Part shown: in pieces, positions 58,853-64,000 of the stretch
Numbering within the stretch: position 1 is the stretch's first letter
Layout of the letters: each line of letters begins with the position of its first letter
Assembly (NCBI GenBank): GCA_947632595.1
Contig: CANRPY010000003.1
Location: forward strand, 12,532 to 76,531
Direction: 5' to 3'
DNA length: 64,000 bases
Origin: an uncultured Bacilli bacterium
GTDB taxonomy: Bacteria > Bacillota_I > Bacilli_A > RF39 > UBA660
Made by a program: the position numbers and the translations under genes
The notes under the pieces: generated by a model
What the model saw: the letters and a program-made list of their open reading frames with translations, nothing else
The model's database searches: none
Told to the model about the DNA's origin: nothing

Positions 58853-59437
58853 ATGTCTAAGAAAAATGTACGCTATATTATTTTCTTACTAGTCATTATT
58901 TTTATTTTATTTCTTTGTAGTGTCTTCTTTATTGTTCTTGTAAAGGATCATAATGATAAAAAGATTGCTCCTGTTGATCCAGAGGATGTTTCTCTTGTTG
59001 CAGATTCTAATACCATTATCATGAAAAATATTATTTCGGTATCTGATGATTTTGGTAGAAATATTTATGAAGACAATGCAGGCGCTTTTGGTTATTTAGA
59101 GTTTGATATTAAAAATAATACGAATGTAGATCGTGACTTTCAAATTTATATTACAAAACTAGAGTCTCCTGTTAAGGAAATTAATCCTAATTATATTACT
59201 TTTTATTTAACAAATTATGCTAATGTTGCTTTTGATGAGTTTACTGGTAATAAATTACCTTCTTATGATGATTTTCATTATTTGGAGGATAAGGCGGATA
59301 GTAAGAGAATTCATGAAGGTAGTCTTGCTCCTAATGAAGAGAAACATTTTATTTTAAGAACTTGGATTGCAGAAAATTATGTTGTTGATAATACGGAAGA
59401 GAGTTTCTCTTTTGAAATTCATGCTAGAGCAGTATAG
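58853..59437 (+). CDS. N-terminally anchored/secreted beta-rich protein, TasA/CalY-like (paralog 1)
   Basis: Basic N-terminus plus hydrophobic helix; shares blocks with the next gene (YLEFDIK, ITFYL, FILRTWI, FEIHA); lies upstream of sipW. Confidence 0.5.
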   Translation: MSKKNVRYIIFLLVIIFILFLCSVFFIVLVKDHNDKKIAPVDPEDVSLVADSNTIIMKNIISVSDDFGRNIYEDNAGAFGYLEFDIKNNTNVDRDFQIYITKLESPVKEINPNYITFYLTNYANVAFDEFTGNKLPSYDDFHYLEDKADSKRIHEGSLAPNEEKHFILRTWIAENYVVDNTEESFSFEIHARAV

Positions 59438-59446
59438 GAGGTCTTT

Positions 59447-60052
59447 ATGAGTAAGAGTAAAAAGGAAGAAGGTCTATCTAAAGACTTTTGGGTTGTTGCG
59501 ATTAGTATTTCATCTTTCTTATTTCTTGTGATTTTGATTGGTATTATTTGTTTTGTGAATCGAAAACCTGATGTTGATTTCAAAGAAGATAATCAAGGAG
59601 GAAATGTTTCCTTGCATTATTCTACTTCTACTAAGGGATTAAGTTTAGTAAATGTTAGTCCTACTACAGATGATGTTGGTATGAAAAATATGACTCCTGA
59701 TCAATATTTTGATTTTTCTGTTCAGGTAGATATGGAAGATGCTCCCAAAGTTAATTATGAAATTTCTCTTTTAAAAGATGAGGATTCTACGATTTCTGAT
59801 GATGATATCCGTGTTTATTTGGAAAGAGAAGATCAAGGCACATATGAAAAGGTTTTTGGTCCGGAGAAGTTTGTTCCTTCTAAGAATTATTCTTCTGCTG
59901 GGTCTGAAATTGGAAGTATGGTACTTGCGAATGTAAAAAAGATTAAATCTGGTACAGATAACTATCGATTACGAATTTGGTTGAGTGAAGATGCGCAAGT
60001 ATCTGGGGGAACTTATTCTGTAGAAGTTGATATTCATGCTGTTGCAAAATAA
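59447..60052 (+). CDS. N-terminally anchored/secreted beta-rich protein, TasA/CalY-like (paralog 2)
   Basis: Hydrophobic helix; YFDFSVQ, IRVYL, YRLRIWL, VDIHA blocks align with paralog 1. Confidence 0.5.
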   Translation: MSKSKKEEGLSKDFWVVAISISSFLFLVILIGIICFVNRKPDVDFKEDNQGGNVSLHYSTSTKGLSLVNVSPTTDDVGMKNMTPDQYFDFSVQVDMEDAPKVNYEISLLKDEDSTISDDDIRVYLEREDQGTYEKVFGPEKFVPSKNYSSAGSEIGSMVLANVKKIKSGTDNYRLRIWLSEDAQVSGGTYSVEVDIHAVAK

Positions 60053-60080
60053 AAGAAGTGTAAAGTTTACTTCTTTTTTT
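60051..60080 (+). terminator. Intrinsic terminator after the paralog pair
   Basis: AAAAGAAGT-loop-ACTTCTTTT plus T-run. Confidence 0.7.
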
Positions 60081-60144
60081 TGTCTTCTTTTGCTCTAACT
60101 TTTTATTCAATATTATAATAAGATTAGAATAGGAGGTAGTTAAA

Positions 60145-60744
60145 ATGACAGATAGTGCTCGTTTTTTTAGCAAAGTACAGTATTTTAGTTATTTTGCTTT
60201 TAAGGCTTTCTTGCTTGCTATTTTTGGCATTTTAATTTTATTTGCTATTTTATGTGCTGTTTATTTTGGAGATTTATTTTTAAATGTAAAAACGGGTCAT
60301 TATGATAGTCCTTTATTCAATGGATATGTAATCGTTTCTGAGAGTATGGTTCCTACCATTCAAATTAATGATGCCATTGTTATTAAAAGAGAAAAGGATC
60401 AAAATTATCAAGTAGGAGATATTATTAGTTTTTATTCTACAGAATATAATCAAAATGGAATTGTAGTTACTCATAGAATTATCGATAAAAAGAATGTTAC
60501 GAAAAATCAATCTAATTATCGTACAAAGGGGGATCATAATTCTCGTGCAGATCGCTCTATTGTAGGGACTCCTAGCATTTATGGAAAAGTTTTATTTATT
60601 ATTCCTAAGTTGGGAAATTTTCAAAAATTTATATCCGATCCTCTCCATTTTTCATGTTGTATTATTATTCCTGCAGTGATTGTTATTTTGTATGATATTT
60701 TTAGAATTTTAAAAGCATTCCGACAAAGAAGAGAATTTTCCTAA
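60145..60744 (+). CDS. sipW: Signal peptidase I, SipW (S26B, Ser-His) type
   Basis: VIVSESMVPTI, GDIISF, VTHRII, TKGDHN..AD, GKVLFIIPKLG; N- and C-terminal TM helices. Confidence 0.88.
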   Translation: MTDSARFFSKVQYFSYFAFKAFLLAIFGILILFAILCAVYFGDLFLNVKTGHYDSPLFNGYVIVSESMVPTIQINDAIVIKREKDQNYQVGDIISFYSTEYNQNGIVVTHRIIDKKNVTKNQSNYRTKGDHNSRADRSIVGTPSIYGKVLFIIPKLGNFQKFISDPLHFSCCIIIPAVIVILYDIFRILKAFRQRREFS

Positions 60745-60801
60745 AAACTTTCTTTTCTTTTTTTTTATGGTGGTTTATAATAAAAATCAATTGGTGGTTT
60801 T

Positions 60802-61602
60802 ATGGAAAAATATGATGTAAAATTTAAGAAGAAATTTGGGCAAAATTTTTTGAAAGATAACCGTATTGTGAAGAGAATTGTTGATGTTAGTGGAGTGAAT
60901 TCTCATTCTTTGGTTATTGAAGTTGGACCTGGTGGGGCTATTATGACAAAAGAACTTGCTCGTGTTGCGAAGCAGGTTGTTGCTTATGAAATTGATAAAG
61001 ATTTGGCTAGTGAATTAGAAAGCAAATTGGATGGATTTGATAACGTTGATATTATTTTTCAAGATTTTTTGGAGGCAGATCTTTCGCTTGATCTTTCTCA
61101 TTATTCTTATGATACACTATATTTTGTTAGTAATGTTCCTTATTATATTACTACACCAATTATTTTAAAATTAATTAAAAGTGGTTTAAAGTTTCAAAAT
61201 ATTGTAATGATGGTTCAAAAAGAAGTAGGGGATCGTTTTAGTACTTCTCCTGGGAATCGGGAATATGGTTCGATCACGGTTTTATTAAATTATTTTTTTC
61301 AAATTCATAAAGAGTTTGTTGTTTCTAGAAAACAATTTATCCCAGAACCAAATGTCGATAGTGTTGTTGTGTCTTTCCATGAAAGAGAAGAAAAAGTTGA
61401 AATTCCTAATTTTGACTTTTTTGAGACGATTATACGAGATAGTTTTCAATTTAAGAGAAAGACATTACGTAATAATTTAAAAAAGTATGATTTAAAGATT
61501 ATTGAAGAAGTTCTTGCTCCGTATGGATTTGATTTATCTGTTCGGGCAGAAAATCTAAGTGTAGAGATCTTTGCGAAAATTAGTATGGCTTTATGGAAAT
61601 AG
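60802..61602 (+). CDS. rsmA: 16S rRNA m6,2A dimethyltransferase
   Basis: KKKFGQNFL, IEVGPG.G, NVPYYITTPI, MMVQKEV, P.PNVDS, RAENL. Confidence 0.97.
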   Translation: MEKYDVKFKKKFGQNFLKDNRIVKRIVDVSGVNSHSLVIEVGPGGAIMTKELARVAKQVVAYEIDKDLASELESKLDGFDNVDIIFQDFLEADLSLDLSHYSYDTLYFVSNVPYYITTPIILKLIKSGLKFQNIVMMVQKEVGDRFSTSPGNREYGSITVLLNYFFQIHKEFVVSRKQFIPEPNVDSVVVSFHEREEKVEIPNFDFFETIIRDSFQFKRKTLRNNLKKYDLKIIEEVLAPYGFDLSVRAENLSVEIFAKISMALWK

Positions 61603-61643
61603 AGATTCTATTTCCTTTTTTTTTGCATATATTTCTATGGGAG

Positions 61644-62432
61644 ATGAGACTTATTCAATTTCATTTAGGAGATATTGTTAGTAGAAATTCTTATCATAAT
61701 GATATTATCTTTAAAATTATTCAGATTCATCAGGATGTTGCGGTTTTAAAAGGAATGGATTATCGACTATATGCAGATGCTTTATTGAGTGATTTATCTA
61801 AGGTAGATGAGTTTTCTACTCAAGATCATGATATTATTGAGCGGAATTTAAAAGAAATACCGGTAGATCGAGATGAATATTTTTATTTACCGGGGAAGAT
61901 CTTACATATTGATGGGGATCAGGAGTATTTAGACCGATGTATGAATTTTTATCAAAACCTTGGTATTAAAGCAAATGGGATTGCATTAAAAGAAAATGAA
62001 ATTTCTTCTTCTATTATTCAGTTACTGCAGGATTTTCATCCTGATATCGTGGTTATTACTGGACATGATGCTTATTATTCTAAAAAAAATCAATTGCATG
62101 ATCTTCATAGTTATCAAAATTCTTCTAATTTTGTACATGCGGTACGAGAAGCTAGAAAGTATGAGCATAACCAGGATAAATTGATTATTATTGCAGGAGC
62201 ATGTCAATCTAATTATGAGAGTTTGATTCGTGCAGGGGCCAATTTTGCTTCTAGTCCTAAGAGAATCAATATTCATGCTTTGGATCCTGCAATTGTTGCT
62301 TCTTCTTTGGCTTTTTCCGACCGAGGACAAAGTATTGATTTAAAGAATGTTTTAAATAAAACGAAGTATGGTAGTGAAGGGATAGGAGGAATTATTACGA
62401 ATGGAACTATGTATGTGGGGTATCCACGATGA
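61644..62432 (+). CDS. yabG: Sporulation-specific protease YabG
   Basis: GDIVSR.SY..DI.F, RLYADA, PGKILHIDGD, VITGHD, AGACQS, AGANFASSP.RINIHALDP; CATATATT mother-cell -10 at about 61626. Confidence 0.95.
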   Translation: MRLIQFHLGDIVSRNSYHNDIIFKIIQIHQDVAVLKGMDYRLYADALLSDLSKVDEFSTQDHDIIERNLKEIPVDRDEYFYLPGKILHIDGDQEYLDRCMNFYQNLGIKANGIALKENEISSSIIQLLQDFHPDIVVITGHDAYYSKKNQLHDLHSYQNSSNFVHAVREARKYEHNQDKLIIIAGACQSNYESLIRAGANFASSPKRINIHALDPAIVASSLAFSDRGQSIDLKNVLNKTKYGSEGIGGIITNGTMYVGYPR

Positions 62433-62641
62433 ATCTTCAAACGATTAGAAGTCAACTTACTTCTTTTTTGGATGAAGAACATACTTTTATTTATTATGGT
62501 ATGAGGGGACAAAATGAAAAGTTTATAGGAAAAATTGTCCATATTTATCCTAGAATTTTCCTTATTTTAACCAATAAGGGGGAAATTAAGTCATTTAGTT
62601 ATAGTGATTTTGTGATTCATTCTTTAAAAATAGTGGGATAA
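62429..62641 (+). CDS. veg: Veg protein
   Basis: G.I...YP.IF and SFSYSD motifs; directly after yabG as in Bacillus. Confidence 0.85.
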   Translation: MNLQTIRSQLTSFLDEEHTFIYYGMRGQNEKFIGKIVHIYPRIFLILTNKGEIKSFSYSDFVIHSLKIVG

Positions 62642-62724
62642 ATTGAAAAAATATTGCATTTTCAACGATTTTGATATAGAATTGACTTATAAAGTGGTTA
62701 CGCTTTAAGAGGGAGGAATTTCTT

Positions 62725-63006
62725 ATGAAAATTACATCTGTAAATGTACGTAAGATTGAAAAAGAAGGATCTCGTATGAAGGGAATCGCATCCGTATTAT
62801 TGGATGACAGTTTTGCTGTACATGATATTCGAATTATTGAAGGAGACAACGGACTATTTATAGCTATGCCTAGCCGAAAGACAGCTACAGGTGGTTATCG
62901 TGATATCGCTCATCCAATCAATCCTGAAGTACGTGCAATGTTTGAAGAAGCAATTTTAGAAGCTTATGAAAACGCTGAAGATGCACCTGCAGAAGAAGAG
63001 GAATAG
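62725..63006 (+). CDS. spoVG: Septation regulator SpoVG
   Basis: [41 protein letters not shown]. Confidence 0.97.
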   Translation: MKITSVNVRKIEKEGSRMKGIASVLLDDSFAVHDIRIIEGDNGLFIAMPSRKTATGGYRDIAHPINPEVRAMFEEAILEAYENAEDAPAEEEE

Positions 63007-63008
63007 TT

Positions 63009-63035
63009 AAAGAAGATGCTTAGGCATCTTTTTTT
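63009..63035 (+). terminator. Intrinsic terminator after spoVG
   Basis: AAGATGC-TTAG-GCATCTT followed by TTTTT. Confidence 0.8.
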
Positions 63036-63080
63036 GTTCTTAATTTTTTTTCTTTTCATATAATTTCTTAGGAGGAATTT

Positions 63081-63374
63081 ATGGATAAGAATGATGCAGG
63101 AATTAATAATTTTAATCATAGTGTAAGTTTACTTGAAAAAAAGACTTTGGTGATTACTGGTGTTAAGAAAATTGATAATTTTGATAAAACTCATTTTATT
63201 TTAGATACTACGATGGGGTTTATGGTTATTAAAGGGGAAGAATTAGAATTAATTAAATTAGATACTTTTGCAGGAAATGTTACGATAAAAGGAACTATCC
63301 ATAATATGGACTATGTTTTAGAGAACAATAAAAAGAACGAGGAAGGTATTTTTAGTAGATTATTTCGAGCATGA
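63081..63374 (+). CDS. yabP: Sporulation protein YabP
   Basis: H...L..KK.L.ITGVK.I..FD, L.T.MG...IKG..L, GIFSRLF; CATATAAT sigmaE-like -10 at 63057-63064. Confidence 0.9.
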   Translation: MDKNDAGINNFNHSVSLLEKKTLVITGVKKIDNFDKTHFILDTTMGFMVIKGEELELIKLDTFAGNVTIKGTIHNMDYVLENNKKNEEGIFSRLFRA

Positions 63375-63634
63375 ATTTAAAGACTCAGCTTTTCTGTTTG
63401 TTTTTTTCTTTCCTTTATGGAGTTGGTCTGTTTTTTATTTTTAAAATGTATTATCGTTCTTTTTTTCTAAAGAAGGGAATTTCTAAATATTTCTTTCAGT
63501 TCTCTATTACTTTTTTGTTTTCTTTTCTTTACTTTTTTATTTTAAATTTTTTAAATCAGGGGATTCTTCACTACTATTTTTTATTGTTAATTGCATGTGG
63601 TTTTTTAGTTTCCTACCAATTTACAAAGAAGTGA
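63371..63634 (+). CDS. yabQ: Spore cortex protein YabQ, short form
   Basis: MNL.TQ start, hydrophobic helices, N.G.L..Y motif; lies between yabP and divIC. Confidence 0.65.
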   Translation: MNLKTQLFCLFFSFLYGVGLFFIFKMYYRSFFLKKGISKYFFQFSITFLFSFLYFFILNFLNQGILHYYFLLLIACGFLVSYQFTKK

Positions 63635-63648
63635 CGTAAACTTTTTGT

Positions 63649-63678
63649 AAATCCTGTGAAAACTCGACAGGGTTTTCT
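63649..63678 (+). terminator. Terminator-like hairpin after yabQ
   Basis: AATCCTGT-GAAAACTCG-ACAGGGTT followed by TTCT. Confidence 0.55.
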
Positions 63679-63730
63679 CTTATTTCTTGTTAAATATAGT
63701 ATAATATATTGTGAATAGGTAGGTGATGTT

Positions 63731-64000
63731 ATGGCAAAATATCAAAAGAAGCTGCGTCCTAAGAAACGAGCTATTTTTCTTGCACTTAGTTCGATTGCGG
63801 TGATTGTTGTTGTAACATTATCGGTTGGAAAGTATTGGGTTGAGATCTTTGATAAATATCAAGAAAAAAAAGAATTAGAAAAAGAACTTACTTCTTTAAT
63901 GGAAAAAGAAGAGGAACTTCAAGTGGATGCCAAAAAATTGCAGAATCCTGATTATGTTGCAAGATATGCTAGAGAAAAATATCTTTATTCTAAGGAAGGA
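63731..64000 (+). CDS. divIC: Septum formation initiator DivIC/FtsB (partial, runs off window)
   Basis: Manually translated MAKYQKKLRPKKRAIFLAL...TM...coiled coil...KLQNPDYVARYAREKYLYSKEG; AGGTGA RBS. Confidence 0.88.
   Translation, partial: MAKYQKKLRPKKRAIFLALSSIAVIVVVTLSVGKYWVEIFDKYQEKKELEKELTSLMEKEEELQVDAKKLQNPDYVARYAREKYLYSKEG

Noticed and set aside
6461-61895. Weak NBS-like sequences at about 6465, 29132 and 61885
   Set aside because: Three or more mismatches and inside coding sequence; compatible with chance.
163-62849. Many 60-150 aa ORFs antisense to or overlapping recognised genes (e.g. 1935-2381, 9528-10695, 31658-32098, 43150-43482, 52137-52409)
   Set aside because: Shadows of well-supported genes on the other strand or frame; no RBS or motifs.

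Overview
Core chromosome around the dnaA/oriC locus of a very AT-rich Bacilli-type (Firmicutes) bacterium using genetic code 11 (TGA = stop). It reads like a heavily compacted version of the Bacillus subtilis origin region; an uncultured RF39-like gut lineage is my inference only. Left of oriC (1-34.7 kb) almost all genes are on the - strand: tagO, mbl, spoIIQ, rpiB, rpmE, murA, spoIIR, prmC, prfA, rpoE, argS, ung, rlmH, walJ, dnaB, rplI, rpsR-ssb-rpsF, ychF, parB-parA-noc, rsmG-mnmG-mnmE, jag-yidC-rnpA-rpmH. Right of it, all genes are on the + strand: dnaA-dnaN-comK-recF-gyrB-gyrA, SRP RNA, tadA, dnaX-ebfC-recR-bofA-holB-ricT, rsmI, pth, mfd, T-box-NUDIX-metG, tatD, a SipW locus, rsmA, yabG, veg, spoVG, yabP-yabQ-divIC. 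I found no tRNA, rRNA, CRISPR array or mobile element. Main observations: (1) in hand-counted samples the synonymous-site strand bias (T>>A, G>=C on the + strand) does not invert at the canonical oriC, although gene orientation does; (2) a ~350-bp element behind gyrA interleaves three parS sites, two perfect Noc-binding sites and several DnaA boxes, with a repeated parS-1bp-DnaA-box geometry; (3) Noc has no N-terminal membrane helix but carries a ~185-aa low-complexity insertion; (4) DnaA has an altered ssDNA-binding/ISM region; (5) comK sits between dnaN and recF behind tandem Spo0A-like boxes; (6) sipW is preceded by two TasA/CalY-like paralogs. Points 1-4 together hint at an unusual replication/segregation set-up. 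All family assignments come from motif recognition and synteny, not from database searches.
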